Source: a phage. Taken from it: a stretch of 64,000 nt of DNA. The DNA lies in sequence record PZ168832.1; one strand, given 5' to 3'. Below the pieces are notes generated by a model that had not been told where the DNA came from, made no database searches, and saw only the letters and a program-made list of their open reading frames with translations. Positions 32,063 through 42,360 of this stretch are shown one piece after another. How positions within the stretch are numbered: the stretch's first letter is position 1; each line of letters begins with the position of its first letter. A program made the translations under genes and the position numbers.

Positions 32063-33475
32063 ATGCAAACGGCACGCGAAATTGACAAAAATGGATTCTT
32101 GACGATTGTGGGTTGTCCCATTTCGTCATTTGGCATTTTTGATTATTCTGCAGGTCAGGTTGGACTTGATGGTGATCCGAATCGCATCGTAAAAGTTTAT
32201 CGCCCAGAGTCAGCGGTGAAAGACCCCGAAGCGATAGATTCATTCAAAAATATCCCTTTCATCGACAATCACGAAATGCTTTCTGGATTCGAAGGTGATG
32301 AGGATAACACAGCACCCGAAGAGTATGGAGTTGATGGCGTTCTGACTGGCAATGTTTATTATGACAAGCCATGGATGCGCGGCGACCTTAAAGTGTTTAG
32401 CCGTCGTCTGAAGAAGGCCATTGATTCTGGAAAGGTTGACTTGTCTTTGGGCTATGACTGTGAATTCATCATACAGTCTGGAGAGTTTGACGGGCAGCCG
32501 TATGAAGTGGTGCAGACAACTCTTCGCGGCAACCACATTGCTCTCGTGGACGTTGGTCGAGTACCAGGTGCACGGGTGCTGGATGGTCGTTGCTTTGACC
32601 ATCTTTGTTTGACGACTGTAACACCATCCAACGAGGATTTAGACATGCCAAAACCGTTAAAAGGTAAAGCGCGTGATAATGCTGTTGAACAGCTGAAATC
32701 ACTGATCCCTGCGCTCGAACAATTTCTGAATGAAGAGAGTACTGAAGCTGCTCATCAGGACGAAGTTGAAGTGAAAGCAGAAGAGAAGGACTCAACCGAA
32801 AATCGTGAAGAAGTAATGGTTGATCCAGAAGTCAAGGCAGAAGCAGAAGAAACCCCAGAAGGTGAAGAGAAGTTTGAAGTTGAAACTGAATCTAACGCTG
32901 GCGGCGAACTTCCGCAATTGATCAGCCAAATCGAAGCACTTATTGCAAAACTGAAAGGTGGCGCGGTAGGTGATGAAGAAGAAGTTGAAGCCGAAGTCAA
33001 AGACGAAGAAGTTGAAGTCAAGGCTGAAGATGTATCACCTTGCGACAAAGCTGAAGATGTGGTTAGCGGCCTGCAAAACAGCAACGTAAAGGGGGCTTCG
33101 GTCGAAAAAGATGACAAACCGACAAAAGCGGCGAAAGCGTCGCCAGGTCCAGCAAAAGGGGAACACTCAATGGCATCTGATTCAGCAGTTGCTGCTTTCT
33201 ACGCTGATTCTGCTCGTAAGAATAGCCTCTACCAGCGCCTGTCTAAAGTTGTTGGTGCCTTTGATCATGCAACTATGGACTCCAAGTCCGTAGCGAAATA
33301 TGGCGCTAAAAAGTTAGGCTTGAAGTGCGTTGATGGTGCTGAGTTTGACGTGGTGGATAATTATCTGCGTGGCGTTGAACACGGTCAAAAACAGCGTGTA
33401 GTCGCAAAACAAAAGGCCGCTGCGGATTCTGCAGCAACTGACGAAGCATTTGAAGCTTGGTTGAAAGGGGAATAA
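32063..33475 (+). CDS. prohead scaffold / protease-like protein
   Basis: Lies immediately upstream of the capsid genes. Globular N-terminal half and a highly acidic repetitive centre (EEVEAEVKDEEVEVKAEDV). GAGGGTGG SD favours ATG 32063. Confidence 0.6.
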   Translation: MQTAREIDKNGFLTIVGCPISSFGIFDYSAGQVGLDGDPNRIVKVYRPESAVKDPEAIDSFKNIPFIDNHEMLSGFEGDEDNTAPEEYGVDGVLTGNVYYDKPWMRGDLKVFSRRLKKAIDSGKVDLSLGYDCEFIIQSGEFDGQPYEVVQTTLRGNHIALVDVGRVPGARVLDGRCFDHLCLTTVTPSNEDLDMPKPLKGKARDNAVEQLKSLIPALEQFLNEESTEAAHQDEVEVKAEEKDSTENREEVMVDPEVKAEAEETPEGEEKFEVETESNAGGELPQLISQIEALIAKLKGGAVGDEEEVEAEVKDEEVEVKAEDVSPCDKAEDVVSGLQNSNVKGASVEKDDKPTKAAKASPGPAKGEHSMASDSAVAAFYADSARKNSLYQRLSKVVGAFDHATMDSKSVAKYGAKKLGLKCVDGAEFDVVDNYLRGVEHGQKQRVVAKQKAAADSAATDEAFEAWLKGE

Positions 33476-33477
33476 AT

Positions 33478-34095
33478 ATGACTTTCCAAACTAGTGTAGG
33501 CCGTCAATATACAACTGGCTTTCCTGGCGACATCGTTCGCGACGGCCCACAGCGTGGGAAGCCAGGTCGAATTGCCAACGCCAACGAAGGCGCAAACGTA
33601 AACGCCATCAGCCGTGTGTTCGGTTTTAAGGCTGACGTATCCTTAATGGGTACTGGTCAAACCAAAACTTTGGGCGCGCAGGACTTTGAAGTTGAGCTGG
33701 GCGGCACCAACTACTACGGCATCCTCGGCAATAGCAAGCGTTACGCGCTGTATGGCAACTCTACTGGTCCTTTGGGCGCCAGCATGGTTCTGCCTCAATA
33801 TAGCGAAGGCGAGTTCTACGACATGTGCACGGGCCTCGTAGTTGAAGTATTCAACCCAAGCACCAGCCCGCAGACGCTTAACTATGGCGATTTGCTCGCT
33901 TATGTACCTAAAGGCATCTCCAGCACGGATAACCCGAACAACTTGCCTATTGGTGCAATTATCGCCTATACTGGCTCACTGCCAACTGGCATGGTTGCCA
34001 TTCCAGGCGGTATCGTGATTGACCCGACTGCTATTGCCCTTTCCGGCCCAAGCGTCCAGTCTTCCACTTATACCATTGTACAATTGACTCGTTAA
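33478..34095 (+). CDS. capsid-associated structural protein (decoration-like)
   Basis: 205 aa between the scaffold and major capsid genes. AAGGGGA SD. Confidence 0.55.
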   Translation: MTFQTSVGRQYTTGFPGDIVRDGPQRGKPGRIANANEGANVNAISRVFGFKADVSLMGTGQTKTLGAQDFEVELGGTNYYGILGNSKRYALYGNSTGPLGASMVLPQYSEGEFYDMCTGLVVEVFNPSTSPQTLNYGDLLAYVPKGISSTDNPNNLPIGAIIAYTGSLPTGMVAIPGGIVIDPTAIALSGPSVQSSTYTIVQLTR

Positions 34096-34109
34096 TAGGC
34101 AGGTGAATA

Positions 34110-35249
34110 ATGACTCGCATTAGCCAAACACACTCTCGCCTCCCAGCGAGCAAGGTGCGCCCTTTTGATATGCAATCCGTCACCGACGCGGCTGTTTCCC
34201 AGCTTGCTCGTATCGGTATTGTGTTTGATTCCGCGATTGTGCGTGATCAGATTGAGCACTTAAACCGTGCAGGCGCTTTCCGCGTAGGTGATGCCGCGTT
34301 TACTGCGCCGCAGACTACTCCGTCAATCCCGACCCCGTTGCAGTTCCTGCAGCAGTGGTTGCCTGGCTTCGTCAAAATCATGACAGCTGCTCGTAAAATC
34401 GACGAGCTGGTTGGTATTGATACCGTTGGTCAGTGGGAAGATGCAGAAATCGTTCAGGGCATCGTTGAACCAGCTGGCACCGCAGTTGAATATGGTGATT
34501 TCACCTCTATTCCTCTGGCAAGCTGGAACGTAAACTTTGAACGTCGCTCTATCGTTCGCGGTGAAATGGGCATGGCAGTTGGTATGCTGGAAGAAGGCCG
34601 CGCGTCTGCGATGCGTCTGAACTCCGCAGAAACCAAACGCCAGCAGGCTGCTGTATCTCTGGAAATCATGCGTAACGCAATCGGCTTCTATGGTTGGTAC
34701 AACGGGAACAACCGCACGTTCGGCTTCCTGAATGATCCAAACCTGCCAGCGGCGATGACTTCCACCACCACTTCCGGCTGGGCCACTGCGACTTTCCAAC
34801 AGGTGACTGCAGACATCCGTTTGATGGTTCGTCAAATTCGTGTGAACTCTCAGGACCAGATTGATCCAGAGAAGGTTGACATGACTCTTGCGCTGCCGAC
34901 TAACTCTATCGATTGGCTGTCCAACACCACTGACTTCGGTATTTCTGTACGTGACTGGATCACCCAGACTTATCCGAAGATGAAGATCAAGTCTGCACCG
35001 GAACTCAACGGCGCACTTGGCAGCGACCCGACTTTCTTGAACGTGGCATACCTGTACGCTGATCACATCGATTCCTCAATCGATGGTTCAAGCGATGATG
35101 GTTCCGTATTCAGTCAGCTGGTTCAAACCAAGTTCATGACTCTGGGCGTTGAAAAGCGTGCTAAGAGCTACGTTGAAGACTACGCAAACGCAACAGCAGG
35201 CGTTCTGCTCAAGCGTCCGTTCGCAGTCGTCCGTATGACTGGTATTTAA
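34110..35249 (+). CDS. major capsid protein
   Basis: 379 aa. Assigned by its position after the scaffold, strong codon regularity and an AGGTGA SD. Followed by a hairpin. Family assignment was not verified. Confidence 0.7.
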   Translation: MTRISQTHSRLPASKVRPFDMQSVTDAAVSQLARIGIVFDSAIVRDQIEHLNRAGAFRVGDAAFTAPQTTPSIPTPLQFLQQWLPGFVKIMTAARKIDELVGIDTVGQWEDAEIVQGIVEPAGTAVEYGDFTSIPLASWNVNFERRSIVRGEMGMAVGMLEEGRASAMRLNSAETKRQQAAVSLEIMRNAIGFYGWYNGNNRTFGFLNDPNLPAAMTSTTTSGWATATFQQVTADIRLMVRQIRVNSQDQIDPEKVDMTLALPTNSIDWLSNTTDFGISVRDWITQTYPKMKIKSAPELNGALGSDPTFLNVAYLYADHIDSSIDGSSDDGSVFSQLVQTKFMTLGVEKRAKSYVEDYANATAGVLLKRPFAVVRMTGI

Positions 35250-35276
35250 TTGCTGTGATTACACAGTAAAACACAT

Positions 35277-35302
35277 GGGGCGTGGTCGAAAGGCTTCGCC
35301 CC
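35277..35302 (+). terminator. hairpin after the capsid gene (partial terminator?)
   Basis: GGGGCG-14 nt-CGCCCC with no clear U-run. Confidence 0.35.
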
Positions 35303-35364
35303 ATATCAATAGACCTCAAGGGCTGTAGGGGCTTATCTGAGGCTTATATAAATAGGACTACAAA

Positions 35365-35829
35365 ATGCCAAAATACATCGTTTCAACTATGTCTATGTCA
35401 GTCAACTACACTTTCTATACGGAAGTGAAAGAAAACCCGAATGCAAAAGCTGGTTCAGGCGCTCTTCCAAATATTCGCAAACAGATTCTGATCAAGGGCG
35501 GTGCTGGTCTTACTTCGGCAACTTCCGGCTTTGGTGAAATGGCAAAAGGCGCTGATGGTGCACCTTTGTGGACTCCTGAAGGAATCGTCACCGTTGTAAG
35601 CGATGCTGATTTTGAACATTTAAAAGATCATCACGTATTCAAGCAGCACCTTGAAAAAGGTCTGGTTAAAGTGGTTAACCACGACATCGTTGGCAATCAT
35701 AAAGCTGTCGCTAAAGAAGTGCGCGGCATGTCAGATGACCCGTTCGCACCTATGACGCGTGAGACGGCTGACAAGCGCATCAAGGTTAAATTGAGCGGCG
35801 AACAAGAAGATGATTTGTTCCGCGTTTAA
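35365..35829 (+). CDS. hypothetical structural protein
   Basis: 154-aa ORF in the head module. Confidence 0.55.
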   Translation: MPKYIVSTMSMSVNYTFYTEVKENPNAKAGSGALPNIRKQILIKGGAGLTSATSGFGEMAKGADGAPLWTPEGIVTVVSDADFEHLKDHHVFKQHLEKGLVKVVNHDIVGNHKAVAKEVRGMSDDPFAPMTRETADKRIKVKLSGEQEDDLFRV

Positions 35830-35843
35830 ATAAGGTGAATGCC

Positions 35844-36299
35844 ATGTCATTAGATTACGAAAAGTTCAGAATAAAATTTCCACAGTTTGCTGATCAGGTA
35901 AAATTCCCTGACACAACGCTTCAAGTATTCTATGACATGGCATGTGAATTTATTGAATCACAAGACAGTCCTTGTCGTGTTTTAAATGGCAGTAAATTGG
36001 AGCTGGCATTGGAATATATGACGGCTCATCTTTTATGCATAGCCACAGACCAACAGGTGTCTGTGTCTTCTGGTGACGGAGTCGAACAAGGCGGCTTCGT
36101 GACTGGTGCAACAATCGGTGACATCACCGTGAATAAGGTAGCGCCGCCTGCAAGTGATGGTTGGGAATACTGGCTTTCAAGCACTCCTTATGGCATGGCG
36201 CTTTGGGCGCTTCTGCAAGCACTGGCTGTCGGCGGCTTGTCGTTTGGCGGTCTTCCAGAGCGCGAAGGATTTCGTAAAATTGGTGGGGTATTCTGGTGA
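35844..36299 (+). CDS. head-tail connector/adaptor-like protein
   Basis: The N-terminus YEKFRIKFPQFADQVKFPDTTLQVFYDMA resembles head-tail adaptor families. AAGGTG SD. Confidence 0.55.
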   Translation: MSLDYEKFRIKFPQFADQVKFPDTTLQVFYDMACEFIESQDSPCRVLNGSKLELALEYMTAHLLCIATDQQVSVSSGDGVEQGGFVTGATIGDITVNKVAPPASDGWEYWLSSTPYGMALWALLQALAVGGLSFGGLPEREGFRKIGGVFW

Positions 36300-36682
36300 G
36301 GATTCCTGGCGTAAACTTATATCGAGTTGCGACAAAGGTCATCGGTCGCCAACCGATTCAATATTACATGTACAAGGGGCGCACTCTTGATAAAATGCGC
36401 AACTACGTTACCACTTATGAAGAACCAATCACGCTACTTGCTTCGGTGCAGGCTGTTCTTCGAAATCAATACGTCGAGCTTGGATTGGAGCTTCAAAAGA
36501 ACTATGTCAAAATATGGGTAGACAAAGACATTGTTGACCTTGACCGCGACGCTTCCGGCGACTATTTTGTGTTTGGTGGGAAAACGTATAAAATGGAAGA
36601 TGAAACGACATGGTTTGACCAAGATGGTTGGACTACTTGCCTTGCCGTGGAAATAAAACAAAGCTTTCCAGTGTCTACTTGA
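36296..36682 (+). CDS. hypothetical neck protein
   Basis: 128 aa. GTG start overlapping the upstream stop. Confidence 0.5.
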   Translation: MRIPGVNLYRVATKVIGRQPIQYYMYKGRTLDKMRNYVTTYEEPITLLASVQAVLRNQYVELGLELQKNYVKIWVDKDIVDLDRDASGDYFVFGGKTYKMEDETTWFDQDGWTTCLAVEIKQSFPVST

Positions 36683-36689
36683 GGTGTAT

Positions 36690-37265
36690 ATGACAGATGT
36701 CGACCTGATTGACATGCTGGCAACGCGAATTGAAGAAGGTCTGGCGGCGTATAGTCGTGCAGACCTTTCTGCTGTTCCGGTCCAGAAAAAGTATCAACCG
36801 ACTCAACAGGGTATTCCGACTGGTGACCAAATTTGGTTTAACCTTTTATTCTCAGTTCCGTTTGGATGGTCCATGAGGAAAAGTGAATTTGTCAATGATG
36901 AGTCTCAATTTGTAAACGGAAAATTCAAAGATATTGAAGATCAAATATACGCTACACGTTTTCAAATCAGCGGCTTATTTCCAGAAGTTCCTGGCAATCC
37001 AGAAAAGCCTACTGCTAATGACGTATTGACTTATTTGGCAAGATTCATAACTCATAAAGCGAATTTGAGGGATTGGTTCAAAAAGCATCAGGCATCAGTA
37101 TATCGAATCGACATGAATAATAATGAAAAGTTTTATGATGACATGTCGCAATTTGAATCATTCCCTTCTTTTGATTTGGTAATACTTCACAGAAACGCAA
37201 TTTCAATTGATACTCCTGCTGTTGCAAGAGCTGTTAATAATGATTTGGGTGATATTCCGGTGTAA
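36690..37265 (+). CDS. hypothetical neck/tail-completion protein
   Basis: ORF 36684-37265; the first ATG is at 36690. Confidence 0.5.
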   Translation: MTDVDLIDMLATRIEEGLAAYSRADLSAVPVQKKYQPTQQGIPTGDQIWFNLLFSVPFGWSMRKSEFVNDESQFVNGKFKDIEDQIYATRFQISGLFPEVPGNPEKPTANDVLTYLARFITHKANLRDWFKKHQASVYRIDMNNNEKFYDDMSQFESFPSFDLVILHRNAISIDTPAVARAVNNDLGDIPV

Positions 37266-37266
37266 T

Positions 37267-37752
37267 ATGACAAAATCAAAAATGATAGAAAAACAGATTA
37301 AGGCGCTTCAGTCTATGAAGGGTCTTACTGTTGAGGCAGGATGGTTTGATTCTACCAGATACCCTTCAGAAACTGGTGGAGAAGGAATACTGGTGTCAGA
37401 AGTCGCGCGGCTTAACGAGTTTGGTCACATAGCCGTTTTGAACTTTGGACAAGGACCAGTCAGGGTAGAAGTGCCACCCAGACCATTCATGAGATATGCC
37501 TATGAATTATTCGTTAGTGAGCGCAGTGAAATAGAGAATAAAATTGCTAAAAAGATTTTTTCCGGTAAAATAGACGCTAGACAGGCATTGGGTCAAATTG
37601 GGCTTGCGATGGAAGCAAAGATTGTCGAATCAATTAAAAACGGACCGTGGCAACCAAATGCCAGATATACTGTACGTGTGAAGGGATTCGACAAGCCTTT
37701 GATTCACACTAGCCTCATGTGGCAATCTGTCAGCAGCCAAGTCATTAAATAA
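37267..37752 (+). CDS. HK97 gp10-like head-tail joining protein
   Basis: Internal ATG (MTKSKMIEKQ...). Motif EVPPRPFMRYA. Confidence 0.55.
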   Translation: MTKSKMIEKQIKALQSMKGLTVEAGWFDSTRYPSETGGEGILVSEVARLNEFGHIAVLNFGQGPVRVEVPPRPFMRYAYELFVSERSEIENKIAKKIFSGKIDARQALGQIGLAMEAKIVESIKNGPWQPNARYTVRVKGFDKPLIHTSLMWQSVSSQVIK

Positions 37753-37764
37753 GAGGACACCGAC

Positions 37765-39303
37765 GTGATCAGTCAATCTCGTTATATTAAAATTGTATCA
37801 GGGGTCGGAGCAGGCGCGGCTGTTGCAGTTCGCAAACTGTCGCTTCGCATCATGACTTCCAATACAGTTCTGCCGCCAGGCATTGTAGCAGAATTTTCAA
37901 CTGCTGATGCCGTTGGATCATATTTCGGTTTTTCTTCCGAAGAATACAAGCGTGCAGCACTGTATTTTGGATTCATCAGCAAGCAAATCAACTCGCCTGA
38001 TTCAATCAGTTTTTCTCGCGTTGTATCCACGGCGATTCCTGCAATGGTTATCGGCGATACTGAGCCTAAAACACTTGCTACTTTTCAGGCATTCACTGGC
38101 GCTATCTTAAGCATCACTTATGACGGCACAGACTACCTGACCGACGCAATCAACCTTTCAGCGGCAACAAGCCTTGCCAACGTAGCGGAACTTTTGGAAA
38201 CGGCAATCAACACCAAGTTTGCAGCAGAAGGTGGGACATCGGTGCCTGCACTTGCTGATGCAGAAGTGTATTGGAACGCCAACACCCAGCAGTTCACTTT
38301 GGAAGCCGCGCCGTCGACCGCTGGCGCTGGCAACCTTTCGATTAACGTTACAGGTCAACCGACAGACCCATCTCAGGCGCTTGGTTGGACGACTACTGGC
38401 ACCGTTACGGTCGATGGTCAGGGCGTAGCAAGTCCGGTAGAAGCCATCGCGGCATCTGTAGAGATTTCCAACAACTTTGGCTCATTCCTTTTCGCTGGAG
38501 CAGACCGAACGCTGGAAGAAATCACCGCTGTTGCAGCTTGGACTCACTCGCAGAACAATATGTACATGTATCTGTTCTCGACTGCATTCGCCAACATCGG
38601 CTCATACTATACCGCGCTGAAAGGTTACTCAGGCGTTGGCATGATGATCCGTGCAACCAACCTCGCGAATGATTACATCGACCAGGCACCTGCTGAAATT
38701 CTTGCGGCAACAAACTATAATACTGTAAACGCAACTCAAAACTACATGTATTATCAGTTTGACACGCGAAATGTTACTGTATCGACTGATTCACGCGCAG
38801 ATACTGCTGATCAAAACCGTGCAAACTATATCGGCGCTACTCAGCAAGCTGGTCAAACGCTCGCATTCTTCCAGCGTGGCGTTCTGATGGGCGGGTCTAC
38901 CGCAGCAGTTGACATGAACACTTATGCCAACGAGATGTGGCTTAAATCTGCTATCACTTCTCAATTGTTCAGCATGTTCTTGAATCTTGGTCGCGTGCCT
39001 GCAAACGAAGAAGGCAAAGCGACTGTACAAGCCATGATTCAAGTTGCTGTTGACAATGCGAAGGTTAACGGCACCATCTCTGTCGGTAAGGCGCTGACGG
39101 AAATCCAGAAACAGTACATCACGCAAACTTCCGGTGACAACACTGCTTGGCGGCAGGTTGAGACTATCGGCTATTGGTTGACTGTCGATTTTGACACTGA
39201 AACCACTTCCGATAACCGAACCGAATACTATGCAACATACACGCTAATCTACTCTAAAGATGATGCTGTGCGTCGCGTTGAAGGTCGTGACGTTCTTATT
39301 TAA
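37765..39303 (+). CDS. tail sheath protein
   Basis: 512 aa, immediately upstream of the tube gene. GTG start. Confidence 0.75.
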   Translation: MISQSRYIKIVSGVGAGAAVAVRKLSLRIMTSNTVLPPGIVAEFSTADAVGSYFGFSSEEYKRAALYFGFISKQINSPDSISFSRVVSTAIPAMVIGDTEPKTLATFQAFTGAILSITYDGTDYLTDAINLSAATSLANVAELLETAINTKFAAEGGTSVPALADAEVYWNANTQQFTLEAAPSTAGAGNLSINVTGQPTDPSQALGWTTTGTVTVDGQGVASPVEAIAASVEISNNFGSFLFAGADRTLEEITAVAAWTHSQNNMYMYLFSTAFANIGSYYTALKGYSGVGMMIRATNLANDYIDQAPAEILAATNYNTVNATQNYMYYQFDTRNVTVSTDSRADTADQNRANYIGATQQAGQTLAFFQRGVLMGGSTAAVDMNTYANEMWLKSAITSQLFSMFLNLGRVPANEEGKATVQAMIQVAVDNAKVNGTISVGKALTEIQKQYITQTSGDNTAWRQVETIGYWLTVDFDTETTSDNRTEYYATYTLIYSKDDAVRRVEGRDVLI

Positions 39304-39309
39304 ATAATT

Positions 39310-39327
39310 GCCGCCGTAACTGGCGGC
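39310..39327 (+). other. intercistronic hairpin between the sheath and tube genes
   Basis: GCCGCC-GTAACT-GGCGGC with no U-run. Confidence 0.4.
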
Positions 39328-39350
39328 CATCTCTCTGAGAGGAATCTGTA

Positions 39351-39818
39351 ATGATTAACGTTTCCGGTTTTGGCGCTTCGATTCGTTTGGTAGCATCAAA
39401 CACTTTTCCGAATGGTGTGACTCTTTCTGATTTTGCAGATGATGCTGATCCGATTGACGCGCCGGACCTGCAAATCTCTGAGGCCGCAATGGGCCTTAAC
39501 GGTGACCTAGTAGTATGGAACCGTGCAAACCCACTTGAAGTAGGTGTGAACATCATCCCTACTTCTGAAAGTGATGTCAACTTGGACGTTCTTGCAGCTG
39601 CAAACCGCGTAGGCAAGCGTAAGAACTCCGCAAAAGACGTGATCACACTTGTGCTGACTTATCCTTCTGGAATGGTTATCACGCTAAACAAAGGCACCTT
39701 GACAACTGGTTCAGTAATTCCTGGCATCCAGTCTCAAGGTCGTGTGAAAACACGTCAATATCGCTTCAAGTTTGAGAACGTAGTCAAAACTGGCGTGAGC
39801 AACCAAGAGATTTTATAA
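39351..39818 (+). CDS. tail tube protein
   Basis: 155 aa directly after the sheath gene. GAGAGGA SD. Confidence 0.7.
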   Translation: MINVSGFGASIRLVASNTFPNGVTLSDFADDADPIDAPDLQISEAAMGLNGDLVVWNRANPLEVGVNIIPTSESDVNLDVLAAANRVGKRKNSAKDVITLVLTYPSGMVITLNKGTLTTGSVIPGIQSQGRVKTRQYRFKFENVVKTGVSNQEIL

Positions 39819-40147
39819 TGTATCAAATACCACTTGACAGCGTACCTAACCAGAATATCAGCTTTAACGTTGACGGTGCATATTGGCAGTTGCACATTTT
39901 TGCCGCTATCGAGCATATGTGTGCCGACGTATATCGCAATGGTGAACTTTTGATTCAAGGGGTGCGCTGTTTTGGTGGTATCCCAATGGTGCCTTATAAG
40001 TATCTCATGATTGGGTACGGTAATTTCATTTTCGACAGCGTACCTGATTATGAAAGTTTTAACTCTGGCGGCTGTAATCTATATTACATGTCAGAATCTG
40101 AGTTGGCTGAATTCCAGGCCACTGCTGAAGCGGAGTTTGCAATTTGA
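39818..40147 (+). CDS. hypothetical tail protein
   Basis: 109 aa with TAATG overlap. Confidence 0.55.
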   Translation: MYQIPLDSVPNQNISFNVDGAYWQLHIFAAIEHMCADVYRNGELLIQGVRCFGGIPMVPYKYLMIGYGNFIFDSVPDYESFNSGGCNLYYMSESELAEFQATAEAEFAI

Positions 40148-40500
40148 CAACTCTAACCATTGAAGTGAACGAAAATAATGACCTTTTTCTACCTGATGGA
40201 AGAAACTTAAATATTCTTTCAGGAGAAAAAGCAATGGTGCAAGTAATCAAGGCCGCGCATCAGATGCGACTTGGTGAAGACTTGTACGATATAGAAAACG
40301 GGGTCGATTATTTGGGGACCGTTTTCAAGTCGCCCGTTGACGAAGACGGTGCGCGAAAGTCGATTGCAGATGCTATTCTGAAGAAAGCAGACGTTGCCGG
40401 AATCGACTCATTGACTGTCACCATCCAAAACGGTATCCTTGGATTCACTGCAGAAGTGGTGACTATTTATGGCGAACGTATAAAGGTGAGTAATCAATAA
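40144..40500 (+). CDS. hypothetical tail protein
   Basis: 118 aa. TTG start as given in the ORF track. Confidence 0.5.
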   Translation: MTTLTIEVNENNDLFLPDGRNLNILSGEKAMVQVIKAAHQMRLGEDLYDIENGVDYLGTVFKSPVDEDGARKSIADAILKKADVAGIDSLTVTIQNGILGFTAEVVTIYGERIKVSNQ

Positions 40501-40766
40501 TGGCACAAGTAATTCATTTTGCAAATGGCGTCATGAAATTTGGCGAAAAATTTGAAGACGCATCAGAGCTGTTTAATAAGAAGGTTGAGCCTGTTACAGA
40601 AATCAAAGAGCAGGTCGAAGAAAAGTCCGTTGAACAAAAACTCGATTTTGATTCCATGAGCGTTTCAGAATTGAAGTCTTATGCCAAAGAAAATGGCATC
40701 GACATCAAGGGTCTTTCTTATAAGGATGAAATTCTTGCTGCAGTTAAATCTGCATCTGCGGAGTAA
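40500..40766 (+). CDS. hypothetical protein with a HeH/SAP-like motif
   Basis: 88 aa. MSVSELKSYAKENGIDIKGLSYKDEILAAV. Confidence 0.5.
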   Translation: MAQVIHFANGVMKFGEKFEDASELFNKKVEPVTEIKEQVEEKSVEQKLDFDSMSVSELKSYAKENGIDIKGLSYKDEILAAVKSASAE

Positions 40767-40768
40767 AC

Positions 40769-41266
40769 ATGGTCAATATTAGTGGATTTGGCACAAGCAT
40801 TAGAATTGTCGCTCTTCAATCTTTTCCTGTTGGGCTGAATATCAGTTCTTTGTCTGATGACCAGGATTCGCTAATTATTGAGGAAGTTGAATCAGTAGGT
40901 TATCAACTTACTTACGACGGCGGCATTTGCATATACGACAAAGCCGCCGTCGTTCGCGTATCCATTGCGGTCATTCCAAACACTGAAGATGACATAAATC
41001 TTAAGCTTTTATTATCTGCCCGTAAAGGTGGATTCAAGTGGTTGCCAATTCAGGATGTGACATCAATGCTTATTACATATCCTGACGGTGGAAGGGTGGC
41101 ATTCTCTAACGGAACAATAATCAGCGGTCCGCTTGGTGACTCCATAGAGCAATCAGGCCGTCGCAAGACAAACCGATACACATTTGTGTTTGCCAGCTAC
41201 GGTGGCGCACAGAGCACGTCTCAAATTGCCAAGGGCGTGGTGCAAAGCATATTGGGGTCCATTTAA
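40769..41266 (+). CDS. tail tube paralogue
   Basis: MVNISGFGTSIRIVALQSFPVGLNISSLSDDQD aligns with MINVSGFGASIRLVASNTFPNGVTLSDFADDAD of 39351-39818. Confidence 0.6.
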   Translation: MVNISGFGTSIRIVALQSFPVGLNISSLSDDQDSLIIEEVESVGYQLTYDGGICIYDKAAVVRVSIAVIPNTEDDINLKLLLSARKGGFKWLPIQDVTSMLITYPDGGRVAFSNGTIISGPLGDSIEQSGRRKTNRYTFVFASYGGAQSTSQIAKGVVQSILGSI

Positions 41267-41799
41267 TGGCTATCGATTTACTGTCATATAGTCTATCAAA
41301 CAGAAGCTTCACGATAAAGAGCTTCAACCTTGGAGAAGTATCCACGCTTGGATGGGCCATAGTCAACGTCAAAATAAGACTCCAAGCGAAGATATTCAAA
41401 AACCAAAGGGAAGACGGCAGCTATATTGTCGATGGCAGAGTAAAGATGCCGCGAATACTCACTGTCACCGTGATAGCTCAGACGAAAAGCGCATCAGACG
41501 CAATAGCTAAGATGTTGCAAAACAGGTCGACTATATACACAATTAATTCCCGTGGTCTAATATTCGAACGTATGGTGCTGCAAAATAACAACTTCAGCCA
41601 GGACGCTGACAATATAACGTCTCAGCCCATACAATTGGTCTTCCATGAGATATTAACACAGCAGGATGTGTCTATTCAAACAGCGCAGGCAGGCGACTCA
41701 ACAGTAATAGAGCGCGGCATTGCATACATAAAAGAAACTTCTGCCAGCGTCACTGGCGTCGCTACAAAGGTGATGAATGGTATCAAGGGGATGTTCTGA
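41266..41799 (+). CDS. hypothetical tail protein
   Basis: 177-aa coupled ORF. Confidence 0.55.
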   Translation: MAIDLLSYSLSNRSFTIKSFNLGEVSTLGWAIVNVKIRLQAKIFKNQREDGSYIVDGRVKMPRILTVTVIAQTKSASDAIAKMLQNRSTIYTINSRGLIFERMVLQNNNFSQDADNITSQPIQLVFHEILTQQDVSIQTAQAGDSTVIERGIAYIKETSASVTGVATKVMNGIKGMF

Positions 41800-42359
41800 T
41801 GGACTTCGTTTCGATTCTGCTTTCTGGTCAATCTTTGACCATAACGAATGAGTCAACAGGTCTTCCTGTCTGGACAAGGCTTTCACCTGTTTCTGCAGAA
41901 ATAACATCCCCAGCAGAAACAACTCAATTCCCTCTTGCTGGTACAGCCATGCAGGTTGTCGAAGTATCAAGCACGTCATCAGTAAGCAATTTACAGGCGG
42001 CAAAGGTTGTAATGCCAGCCCATATGGCGTTAAACGTAATTTGCAATGACCAGTCTACAATTGAAAATATCATAAATTCATTTGATGATGACGAAGTCAC
42101 ATTTTCAATAACTTCTCGAAGCATCATTGCCAGTAAAATGTCGATGTCCGACGTTGAAATAACCCAGTCAGAAGAAAACTTGAATGGAGTCTCAATAGTA
42201 ATAACTTTCGAGCAAACGTCATTTAGCATTCAAGGAAGCTTCGACCCTAAACAATCTGCAGACGAATCATCAAATGGTGTTGCTATTAAAGAACCAGTCA
42301 GTTTGACTACAACTGTGAGTTCGTTATATAATAAAATAAAATCAACAGTAGGAATATAA
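41799..42359 (+). CDS. hypothetical tail protein
   Basis: 186-aa coupled ORF. Confidence 0.55.
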   Translation: MDFVSILLSGQSLTITNESTGLPVWTRLSPVSAEITSPAETTQFPLAGTAMQVVEVSSTSSVSNLQAAKVVMPAHMALNVICNDQSTIENIINSFDDDEVTFSITSRSIIASKMSMSDVEITQSEENLNGVSIVITFEQTSFSIQGSFDPKQSADESSNGVAIKEPVSLTTTVSSLYNKIKSTVGI

Positions 42360-42360
42360 A

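Noticed and set aside
34323-35066. 247-aa minus-strand ORF inside the capsid gene.
   Set aside because: It is antisense to a strongly supported structural gene. Its composition is Arg/His/Cys-rich and typical of antisense frames, and it has no SD.
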